Notes: generated by a model not told the origin, from the sequence alone. DNA of 64,000 bases from Candidatus Hydrogenedentota bacterium (GCA_045863335.1 BTVY01000002.1:96462-160461), one strand, 5' to 3'; positions 1-10,706 are shown, counted from the stretch's first letter. A program made the numbers and translations.

Positions 1-38
1 AGACCGATGCAATCAGGATAGCACAGAATCGGGCAAAC

Positions 39-104
39 GTAGCGCAGGCGTCCTCGCCTGCAAAAGACCTTGGCGAAGAATGCAGGCGGGGACGCCTGCG
101 CTAC
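39..104. repeat. GTAG-type REP doublet (REPIN-like inverted pair)
   Basis: GTAGCGCAGGCGTCCTCGCCTGCA ... TGCAGGCGGGGACGCCTGCGCTAC inverted arms; second copy at 17555-17638. Confidence 0.85.
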
Positions 105-123
105 ATGGCTCTGTATCACTTCG

Positions 124-3100
124 TCAATCGACAAAATAAAACTCGTTCGTGCTCAACAGGACTTGCGCGTAGACGGCGATTGCGTCCTTCTTCGGGAAGC
201 CAAGACCGGTCAGCGCCGATTGACCCACCGAAAACTCCTCGTCCGTGGGCGTGCGTGCGAACAGGCGCAGGTAGAGTTCGGCGACGACGGCGCCTTCGGC
301 CGTGAAGTCCATTTCCTCGGCCAGGGCATGCGCCTGATCGAGCATGAAGTCATTGTTCAGGGTAAACAGTGCCTGGGGCACTACGATGGACTGGTTTCGT
401 TCCGGCGTCACGGCGGTGGGATCGGCGCCATCAAACAGCATGGTGTAGGTGCTGATGTTGGAACGCACGGTGCGCAGGTAGAGCGTGCGCCGAGGTGTGG
501 CCATCTCCACGTATGCGGGCCCGCCGGGCGTCAGATCGAGTTGGTTGGTGACAAACAAGATGCTGTCACGCAACGTCTCCGCATCCAATCTGCGCCGGTT
601 CATGCGGGCCAGGTACAGGTTGTCCGGGTCTTGCGCGATACTTTCATCGGACCCAAAGCTCGACTGTTGATAGGTTGCCGAACTCAGGATTTCCCTATGC
701 AGGGCTTTGATGCTCCAACCGGATTCGATGAAGCGTCGTGCGAGGTAGTCGAGCAACTCTGGGTGGCTGGGCGCTTCGCCTTGGGCACCAAAATCGCCGG
801 GCGTGCGGACGAGTCCTTCGCCGAAGTGATGTTGCCAAATGCGATTGACCATGACGCGGGCCGTAAGTGCGGCACAGTCATCCGTCACCCAGTCGGCGAG
901 ATCGCGGCGGCCGCTTCCCTCCGTAACTGGACGGGGTGATGAATCGGTCAGCACCGACGGCATTTGGCGTGGCACGAGATCGCCAAGCGTCGTGTACGAA
1001 CCCCGACGATGAACCTGGACGTCGTGGATGCCTTCGTGCTCGGTGCCGGGCACGCCGCCTTCCTGAATGCCCACGGCGTAATCGAGGGGCGCGGGAGTTT
1101 GTGATTCGAGTTCGCGGAGTTCGGCTTCAACGGCCGCGCGTCGCGAGCCGGCCGCGGGTGGAAGCGACCCGAGCCAGAAGGGCCCCTGGTCTGATAAGAG
1201 CGCCGCGGCACCGTCGCCTGAATTTGCTGTAACGGCCGCTTCCACATTCTTCGCGGCTTCTTCGAGCGCTTCGGGACCTCGACGCCCTGCTTCCACTTCT
1301 TCCAGGACCGCCCACCACGGCGCGAAGAGGATCGCGTCCAAAGGCGGCTTCGCGCTGCCGGCAAAGAGCCACCACACGTCCGGCCGGCCGGAGGCGTCTT
1401 GCCACGGATTGCCGCCCGTGAAATGGGGCAAGATATCGGATGCAGTGGACCACCTCTCCCCCGCTCCGTCGATTTGAAGGTCGACTACCGTCGTGTCGCA
1501 GGAATAGTCGCCGTCGGGCAGGACGGTCAACAGGAGCTGCTCGCCCGGCTTCAAGGGCACAGGCGCATCGATTGCGATGGCGCCATCGCCACCGTTCATG
1601 ATTTGTCCCTCGGCCACGATTCGTTCAAATCCACGGCCTCGGTGCGCCACGGTCCAGCGAACGCCATTGCCGCAATTGCCGTCGGCATCGGCGATCCGCC
1701 CGGAGACGGCCACCGCAACTTCGACGGGCGCGCGCCAACCGATGCCGACGCCGTCGGTGGGCGACGGATGAATGACGAGCGAATGGGGCGGTTGGGTGAT
1801 GGTGCTGTACTTCAATTCGTTATCGGTCGTGTTCGCGACGGAGGACGGGGTGGATTCCGCATCGTGGCGCGAATGGAGACCGGGGATGCTCTGGAAATCT
1901 TTGTCGACCGTCAGTAGTGCGGGCGGGCTGTCGCCGTTCAGCATGCGCGACCATTGGCGCAGCACATCGGGATGCAGCCCCTCCGCCTCGGCGGAAACGC
2001 CTCGATACGCCGCAAGGAGGTACTGCGCGGTTCTCGCGCTTTCCTGCCGCGCGAACGACGCCCGTTCTTCCGCGAGCGAGGTGTCCCGTTCCGCGCGAAG
2101 GGCATTGATGCGCTCCTCACGAGCCGACCGCGCCGCGAGTTCCTCTTTCGACGCGAGCGGCAGATGGAGGATGGGCGAGCCCTCCGTCTTGGCGCCCGGA
2201 CCGGGAAGAATGCTGCTGCTGAAGAAAATGCCGGCAAGCCCGTAGTACTCCTCCGTCGTGAAAGGGTCAAACTTGTGGTCGTGGCACCGGGCGCAGGCCA
2301 TGGTCATGCCGAGCATGGTGCGCGTGACGACGTCGATTTGGTCGTCCACGATGTCCGTGACCATCTTCTGTTTGTCGGCGTCGCCTTGAGGCCAGTTGCC
2401 GATAGCCAGCATGCCGGTGGCGATGAGACCGTCCCGGTTGAAGCCGCCGTCTAGACCGGGCAACAGGTCGCCGGCGATCTGGTAGCGCAGGAACTCGTCG
2501 TAGGGCATGTCTTCGTTGAAGGCGTTGACAACCCAGTCGCGATAGCGCCAGATTTCGACGGGATCGGTCTGCGCGCTGGCCCGGGAGTCGAAGGAATCCG
2601 TGTACCGGACCACGTCGAGCCAGTGGCGCGCCCAGCGTTCGCCGTACTGAGGGGACGCCAGCAGACGGTCCACCAGTTGCGCGTAGGCGTCGGGTCGCGT
2701 GTCAGACTCGAAGGCGTGTACTTCTTCGTGAGACGGCGGAAGCCCGGTGAGGTCGAAGGAAAGACGTCGTATCAGCGTGCGCCGGTCGGCTTGCGGTGCG
2801 GCTTGAAGTTTCTGCGACTCAATCTTGTGGAGGATGTAGCGATCGATATCGTTCTTCGGCCAATCAGAATGCTGGACGTTGGGCGCGTCCGTTTGAGCCA
2901 AGGGCTGATAGGCCCAGTGCGCCGCTTTGCGCTCGGCGAGGCTCGGAGCGGCTGCCGCGGGCTTATCCCCATACTCCGGCCATTGCGCTCCTTCGACCAC
3001 CCACGCGGTGATAGCGTCGATGGCCTCCTGTGAGAGTTTCTCGCGGGGCGGCATCTGCACGTCACCGGTATGGGCGATGACCTGTACAAGGAGGCTCTCC

Positions 3101-3342
3101 GGATTGCCCGGCTCCACGGCGGGACCCCGGCTGCCGCCTTGCAACATGGCCTCGGCGGAATCGAGGCGGAGGCCCGACTTCTGTTTCTCAGGGCCGTGAC
3201 ACGAATAGCAATGCTCGACGAGCACGGGCCGCACGTCGCGCTCGAAGCGTTCCAGCGCGGCCGAGTTTGATGGCGCGGCGTGGGACGGTCCTGTTGCGTA
3301 CACGCACACGGCAATCCAAACGCCAAACGAGTATGACTTCAT
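124..3342 (-). CDS. Planctomycete cytochrome c / DUF1549 / DUF1553 (PSD1) domain protein
   Basis: Signal peptide from ATG 3342 (MKSYSFG); CYSCH and CARCHDH heme motifs; YGERWARHWLDVVRY and TARVMVNRIWQHHFG signatures. Confidence 0.9.
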   Translation of the reverse strand: MKSYSFGVWIAVCVYATGPSHAAPSNSAALERFERDVRPVLVEHCYSCHGPEKQKSGLRLDSAEAMLQGGSRGPAVEPGNPESLLVQVIAHTGDVQMPPREKLSQEAIDAITAWVVEGAQWPEYGDKPAAAAPSLAERKAAHWAYQPLAQTDAPNVQHSDWPKNDIDRYILHKIESQKLQAAPQADRRTLIRRLSFDLTGLPPSHEEVHAFESDTRPDAYAQLVDRLLASPQYGERWARHWLDVVRYTDSFDSRASAQTDPVEIWRYRDWVVNAFNEDMPYDEFLRYQIAGDLLPGLDGGFNRDGLIATGMLAIGNWPQGDADKQKMVTDIVDDQIDVVTRTMLGMTMACARCHDHKFDPFTTEEYYGLAGIFFSSSILPGPGAKTEGSPILHLPLASKEELAARSAREERINALRAERDTSLAEERASFARQESARTAQYLLAAYRGVSAEAEGLHPDVLRQWSRMLNGDSPPALLTVDKDFQSIPGLHSRHDAESTPSSVANTTDNELKYSTITQPPHSLVIHPSPTDGVGIGWRAPVEVAVAVSGRIADADGNCGNGVRWTVAHRGRGFERIVAEGQIMNGGDGAIAIDAPVPLKPGEQLLLTVLPDGDYSCDTTVVDLQIDGAGERWSTASDILPHFTGGNPWQDASGRPDVWWLFAGSAKPPLDAILFAPWWAVLEEVEAGRRGPEALEEAAKNVEAAVTANSGDGAAALLSDQGPFWLGSLPPAAGSRRAAVEAELRELESQTPAPLDYAVGIQEGGVPGTEHEGIHDVQVHRRGSYTTLGDLVPRQMPSVLTDSSPRPVTEGSGRRDLADWVTDDCAALTARVMVNRIWQHHFGEGLVRTPGDFGAQGEAPSHPELLDYLARRFIESGWSIKALHREILSSATYQQSSFGSDESIAQDPDNLYLARMNRRRLDAETLRDSILFVTNQLDLTPGGPAYVEMATPRRTLYLRTVRSNISTYTMLFDGADPTAVTPERNQSIVVPQALFTLNNDFMLDQAHALAEEMDFTAEGAVVAELYLRLFARTPTDEEFSVGQSALTGLGFPKKDAIAVYAQVLLSTNEFYFVD

Positions 3343-3442
3343 ATTTGTATCCCAGGGTCCTTGCAGGTGAACCAAAGCTAGAATAGCAGAAGAAGTCCGC
3401 TGACGGTAGCGGGAGAATGCCGGATTTGTGGCCGATAATTCG

Positions 3443-4117
3443 TCAGAAGACGAAGGCAAAGAGCCTCATAATCGCGGCCACGATCAGGAACAACCGGGGA
3501 ATGATGCCGAGCGGATCGTCAGACACCTCGTGAAAACTACGCACCGTACGAAGGGTCTCGGGATACGCGAGGATGTCGGAAATCCCGAATTGCTCCTCGC
3601 GGCCAAACGCAACCCACAACTTGCCAGCCGAGTCTTCCGGATGATACCCGACGATGTAGTAGGTCCCCGTCGAGGGGAGCGTCACGTCTTCTTCGACATA
3701 AATCCAGGATTCCGTTCCCGTGAATGGCTCCGAGAAAAACTCGACCTCGGAACTGGAGGTCTCGAAGGTCAACGCGCCCGTTCCGTTGGGGAGATCAAAG
3801 GGAACCGTCGCGCTCGGCAACCCCGGACCCACCAGCGCAACCGCGGGCAGGTACTCGGACAGGTTCTCGATGACCGGTACGCCGAGCTGCAAGTAGACGG
3901 AGTCGCCCGCAGTCCCGCCGAACGTCAACCAGACCTCCTGATTGTTTTCGGAGACTTCGTGGAGGATCAGTTGCGATACGCCCGGTTCGACGACGGCGAG
4001 CGCGGACGCTGCGTCGACGTGCGTGCCGTCATTCTCGATGAGCCGATGTGCGAACACCTGAGGTGCGAAGAACAACACAAGCGCGGACACGACAATGACG
4101 AATCGTTTGGCGTACAT
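3443..4117 (-). CDS. Hypothetical exported protein with C-terminal membrane anchor
   Basis: Signal peptide (VFA|H), beta-rich body, hydrophobic C-terminus, AGGAGG upstream. Confidence 0.75.
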   Translation of the reverse strand: MYAKRFVIVVSALVLFFAPQVFAHRLIENDGTHVDAASALAVVEPGVSQLILHEVSENNQEVWLTFGGTAGDSVYLQLGVPVIENLSEYLPAVALVGPGLPSATVPFDLPNGTGALTFETSSSEVEFFSEPFTGTESWIYVEEDVTLPSTGTYYIVGYHPEDSAGKLWVAFGREEQFGISDILAYPETLRTVRSFHEVSDDPLGIIPRLFLIVAAIMRLFAFVF

Positions 4118-4224
4118 ACCTGAACCTCCTGATCCGCCCGTGGGGGCTCCCGATCCAGCCGTTTTTTTGTCGATACGTCGAGTATACCACGCGTATACTC
4201 AGGCACATTCGCTGGAGGGTCAAA

Positions 4225-5409
4225 ATGAGTACGCCACATATTGGTTTAATTCGAGACCGGTATCGCAATGCGCTCCTGGATGACGTCTTGCCGTTTTGGA
4301 TGCGGCACATCCGCGACGACGAGATGGGCGGGTATCTCCACCACATCGACGCGGACGGGACGGTGGTGTCGACGGACAAGTGCTTCTGGATGATCGGACG
4401 CGCGGTGTGGATGTATTCGAAGGCGTACAACGACATCGAGCCGCGGCCGGAATGGCTGGAGTTCGCGCGGCTCGGGTATGAGTTCATCCTGAAGCACGGC
4501 TTCGATTCGGACGGCCGCATGTTTTACACCGTCACGCGCGACGGGCGGCCCTTGCGGAAGCGGCGCTACCTCTTCACGGAAACCTTCGGGGTTATCGCGC
4601 TGTCGGAATACGGCAAGGCGACCCGCGACGCGGCCGCTATTGACCGGGCGCGGGCGCTTTACCGCAAGGTGATCGAACTGAACGACGCGCCGGACGCCTC
4701 CATGCCGCCGAAGTTCTACCCGACTCGGCCCATGAAGTCCCACGCCATGCCCATGATCATCATTGCGATGACGCAGGTGTTGCGACGGAACGGCGATGCT
4801 CCCTTCTACGAGGCTACGATTGATCGCTGTATCGACGAGGTATTGAATCACTTCCTGCACCACGAGAAGCGGGCTCTGTTTGAGACCGTGGGACCGAATG
4901 GCGAATTGTTGCTGGACATCCCGGAAGGGCGTTGCATCAATCCCGGTCATGCTTTGGAAACGGCGTGGTTTCTTCTGGAAGAAGCGCGCCATCGCAAGGA
5001 CGACGCACTCATCGCGAAGGCCCTCCCGATCATCGACTACTCCATGAACCTCGGCTGGGATGACGAATACGGCGGCATCCTCTACTTCGTCGATATCGAC
5101 GGAAAGCCGCCAGAACCCTACGAACACGACATGAAACTCTGGTGGGTCCACTGCGAAGCCTTGTACGCAAACCTCCTCGCCTACCACCTCACAGGCGAGC
5201 AGCGCTACTGGGACAACTTCGCGAAGATCGACGAATACGCTTTCGCCCATTTCCCCGACCCCCAGCACGGCGAATGGTTCGGCTACCTTCATCGGGACGG
5301 ATCCCTCGCCAATACGATTAAAGGGAGCAAATGGAAAGCGCCGTTCCATCTCCCGCGTATGCTGCTAAACGTCTGGCGGCTGACGGAGGAGATGTTGGAC
5401 AGGTTGTAG
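4225..5409 (+). CDS. AGE family (N-acylglucosamine 2-epimerase-like) epimerase/isomerase
   Basis: NPGHALETAWF, KLWWVHCEA, GEWFGYL, KAPFHLPR motifs; GGAGG RBS. Confidence 0.92.
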   Translation: MSTPHIGLIRDRYRNALLDDVLPFWMRHIRDDEMGGYLHHIDADGTVVSTDKCFWMIGRAVWMYSKAYNDIEPRPEWLEFARLGYEFILKHGFDSDGRMFYTVTRDGRPLRKRRYLFTETFGVIALSEYGKATRDAAAIDRARALYRKVIELNDAPDASMPPKFYPTRPMKSHAMPMIIIAMTQVLRRNGDAPFYEATIDRCIDEVLNHFLHHEKRALFETVGPNGELLLDIPEGRCINPGHALETAWFLLEEARHRKDDALIAKALPIIDYSMNLGWDDEYGGILYFVDIDGKPPEPYEHDMKLWWVHCEALYANLLAYHLTGEQRYWDNFAKIDEYAFAHFPDPQHGEWFGYLHRDGSLANTIKGSKWKAPFHLPRMLLNVWRLTEEMLDRL

Positions 5410-5509
5410 CGTCCGAGCACGGCCCCGTCTTCACAGGCAAAGTGGACATTGGCAAAGTCAGCCGGTGAATTCACCCGAATTGAATTGACTCGCGCTTCTC
5501 TCCGCAAAT

Positions 5510-5537
5510 CTGACTAAATAGTCATATGTGGTAAAAT
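5510..5537 (+). promoter_or_regulatory. Extended -10 promoter with palindromic operator for the PIN TA locus
   Basis: TGn-TAAAAT ending 7 nt before ATG 5545; TGACTA-AA-TAGTCA inverted repeat at 5511-5524. Confidence 0.55.
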
Positions 5538-5544
5538 ACGAGAC

Positions 5545-6003
5545 ATGAGGCTTAGAGTCTACACAGACACGTCGGTTTTGGGCGGTTGTGAGGACGAAGA
5601 ATTCGCGGCGCACTCTGTCCGCCTTCTGGAAGGTTTCGTCCTCGGTGAACGAACTCTCGTCCTCTCCGACCTAACACTACAGGAGTTGGCGAACGCGCCT
5701 ACCGAGGTCCGCGATAGGCTTGCTTTGGTTCCGGAAGTCTACATCGAGACAATCCGACTCGGAGCGGAGGCGGGTGAACTTGCCGATGAGTACATCTCCT
5801 CGGGCGTGCTACCCGCGAGACTGCGGGCCGATGCCCAACACATTGCTATGGCAACTGTGGCCCGGGTGGATGTGCTCGTAAGTTGGAACTTCAAACATAT
5901 CGTCAATCTACAGCGTATCCGCGGCTACAACTCGGTCAATCTGCGTCTGGGTTACCCTTTGATCGAGATTCGGACTCCACGGGAGGTCTTTAATGATGAG
6001 TAA
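5545..6003 (+). CDS. PIN-domain ribonuclease toxin
   Basis: RVYTDTSV N-terminal PIN motif, E, DAQHIA, LVSWNFKHIVN. Confidence 0.88.
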   Translation: MRLRVYTDTSVLGGCEDEEFAAHSVRLLEGFVLGERTLVLSDLTLQELANAPTEVRDRLALVPEVYIETIRLGAEAGELADEYISSGVLPARLRADAQHIAMATVARVDVLVSWNFKHIVNLQRIRGYNSVNLRLGYPLIEIRTPREVFNDE

Positions 6004-6199
6004 GCCGGCGAAGAAGTTCGACTCTGTCGCGATGATGCGCGCGGCGCGCGATAAGCTTTCCGCAACCATCGAGAAAATGTCAATAGAAGAAGAGTTGGAG
6101 TGGCTTGCCTCGCAGGATATCCAGGATCCGTTCTTGAAACGCCTTCGAGATCGTTCCAATGCGCCAAGGGATAATACGAACAAGTCTACGGCGCGGTAG
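5993..6199 (+). CDS. Small putative antitoxin partner of the PIN protein
   Basis: 68 aa, overlaps PIN 3' end; KKFDSVAMMR motif typical of small genes paired with this PIN subfamily. Confidence 0.7.
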   Translation: MMSKPAKKFDSVAMMRAARDKLSATIEKMSIEEELEWLASQDIQDPFLKRLRDRSNAPRDNTNKSTAR

Positions 6200-6212
6200 G
6201 CGGCTAGTAACT

Positions 6213-6740
6213 GTGGAACTAATCGAGGCAAAGGCAAGATATCAACTAGGGATCCTGGACAGCGACGCTATTTGTGCCCTCGCCCGCCAATGGATTGACC
6301 AGGACATCGTGTCAAATTCCCTCGCTGAGTTGTCCACGGTCAGTCGGCCGATCATGTCGGAAGTCGGTCCGTTGTTTGAATCTGCAATGGAAGAACTGGG
6401 GGTCGTTAGCCTATCGCGAATTGGGACAGTACGTCTCATCGTTCGAAGCACGCTTTCTCGGATGGTGGCCGGAGATCTGGACATCCTGGATGGAGCGGAG
6501 TTCCTATATCGTTTGCACCTGGCTCTGGGCGAGGAATTTCCGAATCAAGAGTATGTCGGGGACGCGCTCGGACTTGAATTTATTTTTTCCTGGCTGCGAG
6601 AAATCTGGGACTATCGAGATGGTTCTCCTATTGGGCACTCGGTAGACCACCCTAGCTCTGAGATTGAGCAGACGCTAAGGCAACACCTACTTGATGAGTC
6701 CAATGCATGGTTAGATCGCTTTCAGGAACCGACATGTTAA
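6213..6740 (+). CDS. Hypothetical protein
   Basis: Open frame with globular helical composition and lower GC; GTG start at 6213 uncertain. Confidence 0.6.
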   Translation: MELIEAKARYQLGILDSDAICALARQWIDQDIVSNSLAELSTVSRPIMSEVGPLFESAMEELGVVSLSRIGTVRLIVRSTLSRMVAGDLDILDGAEFLYRLHLALGEEFPNQEYVGDALGLEFIFSWLREIWDYRDGSPIGHSVDHPSSEIEQTLRQHLLDESNAWLDRFQEPTC

Positions 6741-6832
6741 AGCTACGTTCCCGGACGCATGGCGTATCTGGATTATTCCCATCACTGACATGAACGATGG
6801 ATTCCGATCGAGGAACTGTCCATCCAGAAGAG

Positions 6833-7579
6833 ATGCCCTTGGCCATGACTATGATCTCCTTCATCATCCCCGCGCATAACGAGGGGCAACTCCTCGGGCG
6901 CACGTTGGACGCGATTGATGCGGCGGCGCGGTCGCTTGCCGAATCGTACGAAGTTGTCGTCGTGGATGATGCGTCGACGGATCGCACGACTGCGATCGCA
7001 GAGGAACATGGGGCGCGAGTGATCCGGGTTGAGCATCGTCAGATTGCGGCGACGCGGAATGCGGGGGCGCGGGCATCGACAGGCGATATGCTCATCTTTG
7101 TCGATGCGGATACGGTGGTCACTGAGGCGGTAGTTGGCGCTGCAGTGAATGCGATGCGTGGCGGGGCGGTTGGCGGCGGGTGTTCGGTACGTTTTGACGG
7201 GCCTTTACCGCTATACGGCCGTATCATGGCGGCCATCGTAATCCCCCTGTATCGCGCGGCGCGACTCGCGGCCGGGTGCTTTGTGTTCTGTACCCGTGAT
7301 GCTTTCGATGGCGTAGGCGGTTTCGATGAACGACTTTATGCAGCGGAGGAAGCGGTCATGAGCCGGGCGTTGCGCCGCCATGGACGGCTTGTCGTGCTGC
7401 GCGAGACGGTGACCACATCCGGCCGAAAGTTGCGGGCGCATTCCGCGCGCGAGATCCTGGGGCTTCTGGTACGATTGGCCGCGAGCGGACCGAAGGCCAT
7501 ACAGCGGCGTGAAGGATTGGATGTCTGGTATGGCGAGCGGCGAGAAGATCATCACCATACCGGACGGGATGATTCGTGA
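6833..7579 (+). CDS. Glycosyltransferase family 2
   Basis: SFIIPAHNE, VVDDASTDRT, RNAGA, FVDAD, TSGRK motifs; start uncertain (6797-6851). Confidence 0.92.
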   Translation: MPLAMTMISFIIPAHNEGQLLGRTLDAIDAAARSLAESYEVVVVDDASTDRTTAIAEEHGARVIRVEHRQIAATRNAGARASTGDMLIFVDADTVVTEAVVGAAVNAMRGGAVGGGCSVRFDGPLPLYGRIMAAIVIPLYRAARLAAGCFVFCTRDAFDGVGGFDERLYAAEEAVMSRALRRHGRLVVLRETVTTSGRKLRAHSAREILGLLVRLAASGPKAIQRREGLDVWYGERREDHHHTGRDDS

Positions 7580-7638
7580 TTGACACGCACCGGTTCTCAA
7601 CGTGGTACGATAAGACTGAAAGAAACGGGAGACGGCAA

Positions 7639-7827
7639 ATGGACAGAAGCACGAAAATGCTCTTGATCGTGGCCCTTGTCGGCCTTCTGGTGGTCATCGG
7701 CGCGGTGATGTACGTGTGGAAGGACGCAACCGGCGAAACGGATTACGATCGACAGTACCAGGAGAACCTGCAGAAGAACAAAGCCTATTTTGATCAGATG
7801 CAACCGGATGCGCAAACTTCAGAGTAG
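7639..7827 (+). CDS. Small single-TM hypothetical protein
   Basis: GGAG RBS, hydrophobic N-terminal helix then polar tail. Confidence 0.6.
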   Translation: MDRSTKMLLIVALVGLLVVIGAVMYVWKDATGETDYDRQYQENLQKNKAYFDQMQPDAQTSE

Positions 7828-7841
7828 GCGAAGCACTATCG

Positions 7842-8291
7842 ATGGGTCCAACAACCACCAACGCGATTCCCACCGTCGAGCCGACTGGCCGTTGGGGTGC
7901 GTTGAAGTATTTGAAGAACAATCTATCCCGCGCCCATGCGATCGTGTTCGTCGTCTTGTTCATTGTCTTCACGCTATTGACGTACCGGATCACGAATGCG
8001 GGATTGGATGATGGGCCCGAACACAACTACCGGGTATACCTAACGACCTTGGGTACGATCGCTGGACCGCTTACCGGGGCAATCTCCCGCGGATTTCAGG
8101 GGTGTTGTCTCCGGTTCTCCCTGCTGGTGATGGCGTACTGCGCGCCGGTACTTCTCGTTAGCGCCGGGCTTCAGTTTATTCGCACGCCGGATTGGCGTTG
8201 GCTGCGGGTCGCGAAATTGGTGTTCTGGACGCTCGGGTGGGTCGTCTGGTTTGGCGGTGGCATCCTCTCCTTCGGCCACGCGCTTTCGTAG
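7842..8291 (+). CDS. Hypothetical membrane protein
   Basis: About four hydrophobic segments. Confidence 0.65.
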   Translation: MGPTTTNAIPTVEPTGRWGALKYLKNNLSRAHAIVFVVLFIVFTLLTYRITNAGLDDGPEHNYRVYLTTLGTIAGPLTGAISRGFQGCCLRFSLLVMAYCAPVLLVSAGLQFIRTPDWRWLRVAKLVFWTLGWVVWFGGGILSFGHALS

Positions 8292-8373
8292 CGCTCCGAC
8301 AGTCGCGCACCGGGCGCGCGTCTGTGCGCATGCGCCGCCGATAGGACAAGCAAGCAATCGCAGGAGATGTGCA

Positions 8374-9126
8374 TTGGATAATGAGAAGGTACTTGTAATC
8401 ACCGGCGCCAGCCGGGGCATTGGGGCTGCAACGGCCCTTCTTGCGGCGGAGCGGGGATACGCCGTGTGCGTCAACTACGCGAAACGACGTGACGCGGCGG
8501 AATCGGTTGTATCGCGGATCATTGCGAACGGAGGCCAAGCCCTCGCGGTCAGCGCGGATGTGTCGGTGGAGTCGGAGGTGGTCGCGCTCTTCAAGACGGT
8601 TGATAAGCATTGGGGCTCCGTATCGGCGTTGGTTAACAATGCGGGCATCCTGGAAACCCAGATGCGCGTCGAGACTATGGACGCGGCCCGGCTCACGCGG
8701 ATCCTCGCAACAAACGTTACGGGGAGTTTTCTGTGCGCGCGGGAGGCCATCCGGCGCATGTCGACGCGAAACGGCGGGAAAGGCGGGGCCATCGTCAACG
8801 TGTCCTCCGCGGCTTCACGTCTTGGCTCCGCGGGCGAATACGTCGATTATGCGGCGTCCAAAGGTGCGATGGATTCATTCACCATTGGTCTCTCTCAGGA
8901 AGTGGCCGCGGAAGGGATCCGCGTCAATGCGGTCCGGCCCGCGTTCATCTACACGGATATCCATGCCAGCGGCGGCGAACCAGGTCGCGTGGACCGCATC
9001 AAAAGCGCGATTCCCATGAAGCGTGGCGGTCAACCGGAGGAGGTCGCAGCGGCTATCCTGTGGTTGTTATCCGATGAGGCGTCGTACGTGACCGGCAGTT
9101 TTGTCGATCTCGCCGGTGGAAAATGA
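8374..9126 (+). CDS. Short-chain dehydrogenase/reductase
   Basis: TGASRGIG, NNAG, YAASK motifs; AGGAG before TTG 8374. Confidence 0.95.
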   Translation: MDNEKVLVITGASRGIGAATALLAAERGYAVCVNYAKRRDAAESVVSRIIANGGQALAVSADVSVESEVVALFKTVDKHWGSVSALVNNAGILETQMRVETMDAARLTRILATNVTGSFLCAREAIRRMSTRNGGKGGAIVNVSSAASRLGSAGEYVDYAASKGAMDSFTIGLSQEVAAEGIRVNAVRPAFIYTDIHASGGEPGRVDRIKSAIPMKRGGQPEEVAAAILWLLSDEASYVTGSFVDLAGGK

Positions 9127-9154
9127 GGGGTGGCCGGATGGCGAGCCCTGGCGA

Positions 9155-9790
9155 TCATGATGTTTTCTGCGATCGTTTCGTGGCCCGCGCGTAGATATTC
9201 ATGCCAAACTCGAAGGAGCCAACTTTCACAGCGTCGCGGGAAAAACCGGCTTCTTCCAGTAATGCGCGTACGTCTCGCGGCGTCAGTAGCGTTTTGTGTT
9301 CTTCGATTTCTTCCGGGCTGACCAAACGCAGCCTCGCCATGCCTCGCAGGATGGGATCCACCCATCGAGCCGGCGTGGTCAGAATGAGCACGCCTCCGTC
9401 TTCGAGCAATGTGGCGGCGTCTCTCAGGACGGAAACGAGGTCCGCTTCCGAGAGATGCTCAGCAACAGCCAGCATCGTGATCGCCGAGAACGAGCCTGCC
9501 GGATAACGCGACAGCGCCGCAGTGGCGATTTGCTGGCCGACCGCTTCGATGCCGTGATCCTGCGCCAATTGGCGGATGGCTTCGCCGGTCAAAGCGGGGT
9601 CCAGGGCGCACTTCTGGCCAAAGGGCGTAGCGAGAAGGAAACCCGGCCACGATCCGCATCCGATGTCCAGGATGCGTCCGGCGCGAAGTTCAGGACGAAT
9701 CAGCTTGTTCGCGATGCGATACCGCTGGCGCGCCAGGAATGGTTCCATCAAACCCGTTCCGCGCGTCGCCCGGCGCTGCGATGTTTTCAT
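9155..9790 (-). CDS. Class I SAM-dependent methyltransferase
   Basis: ILDIGCG motif I, AVAEHL, GGVLILTTP. Confidence 0.88.
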   Translation of the reverse strand: MKTSQRRATRGTGLMEPFLARQRYRIANKLIRPELRAGRILDIGCGSWPGFLLATPFGQKCALDPALTGEAIRQLAQDHGIEAVGQQIATAALSRYPAGSFSAITMLAVAEHLSEADLVSVLRDAATLLEDGGVLILTTPARWVDPILRGMARLRLVSPEEIEEHKTLLTPRDVRALLEEAGFSRDAVKVGSFEFGMNIYARATKRSQKTS

Positions 9791-10007
9791 GCTTGTAACC
9801 TATATTGGATGACTTACGGGAATCGGCAGTTCCTATCGGGCGGAGAGAGTCTATCATGTCATCGCGCTTTCTGTCCTTCCATTCAGGCGGCCGGAGATCC
9901 AAGCGTAATACCCTGGGCCGAAGGGTGTGCAAATGGAGCTGAATCCTGTAGAGTAATCCCGCAGCAGGGGTTGGGCGACGGGGCGCCATTGCGGGAGGAG
10001 TTCTGCC

Positions 10008-10706
10008 TTGTTCTACATTGTCTTTATCGTACTCCCTATCGTACTCGTACTTGGGATCGCCGTGGTGGGACGGCTCGAGAAGCGGCTCGTGTGGCCGTAC
10101 GGGCCGATGCAGGAGCGTCCGCCCTATCCGGACGCGTCGGGGTACAGCATCCGCTGGGTCCGCGAAGCGTTGCAGTTGGGCTTCGTCTTTCTCGGTTGGG
10201 CGCCGGATGCGAAAGGCGAGAAGTACAAGCTCACGTACGGACTCCTGGTATCACCGGAGCGAGACTGCTTCGTCATTGTGGGCGTGGGCACGATTATGGG
10301 GATTTCCATGCGAGGGACTTGGATCTACTCGGTCGATCGGGATGGCCGGGCGATCTATACGACCGACAACCAGTCCGCCATTGAAGTCGATGTGACTCGC
10401 CTTTGGAAGAGTCGGTTGGTGCGGGCCAAGTCGTTTACCGATCTGCTGCAACGCCATCGGGAGATGCTGCGCTTTTCCGGCTTCGACGCCTATCGATTCA
10501 CGCCGGGCCAGGAAATCGCCGAATTCCATCGCGCGCGTCAGGCGCACTACGAGTACCTGGCGAAACGCGGTCTCATCGCCTACACCGACGACACCGCGAC
10601 GTGCTGGCAGTACACCATGTGGGGCGCGCTAAAGTTTGCCGCGTTGAATTACACCATCGGCATGGTGCGCGCCGTGACGTTTGGGCGCGTGCTCCGGTTG
10701 GCGTGA
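10008..10706 (+). CDS. Hypothetical membrane-anchored protein
   Basis: GGAGGAG RBS, N-terminal TM helix. Confidence 0.7.
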   Translation: MFYIVFIVLPIVLVLGIAVVGRLEKRLVWPYGPMQERPPYPDASGYSIRWVREALQLGFVFLGWAPDAKGEKYKLTYGLLVSPERDCFVIVGVGTIMGISMRGTWIYSVDRDGRAIYTTDNQSAIEVDVTRLWKSRLVRAKSFTDLLQRHREMLRFSGFDAYRFTPGQEIAEFHRARQAHYEYLAKRGLIAYTDDTATCWQYTMWGALKFAALNYTIGMVRAVTFGRVLRLA

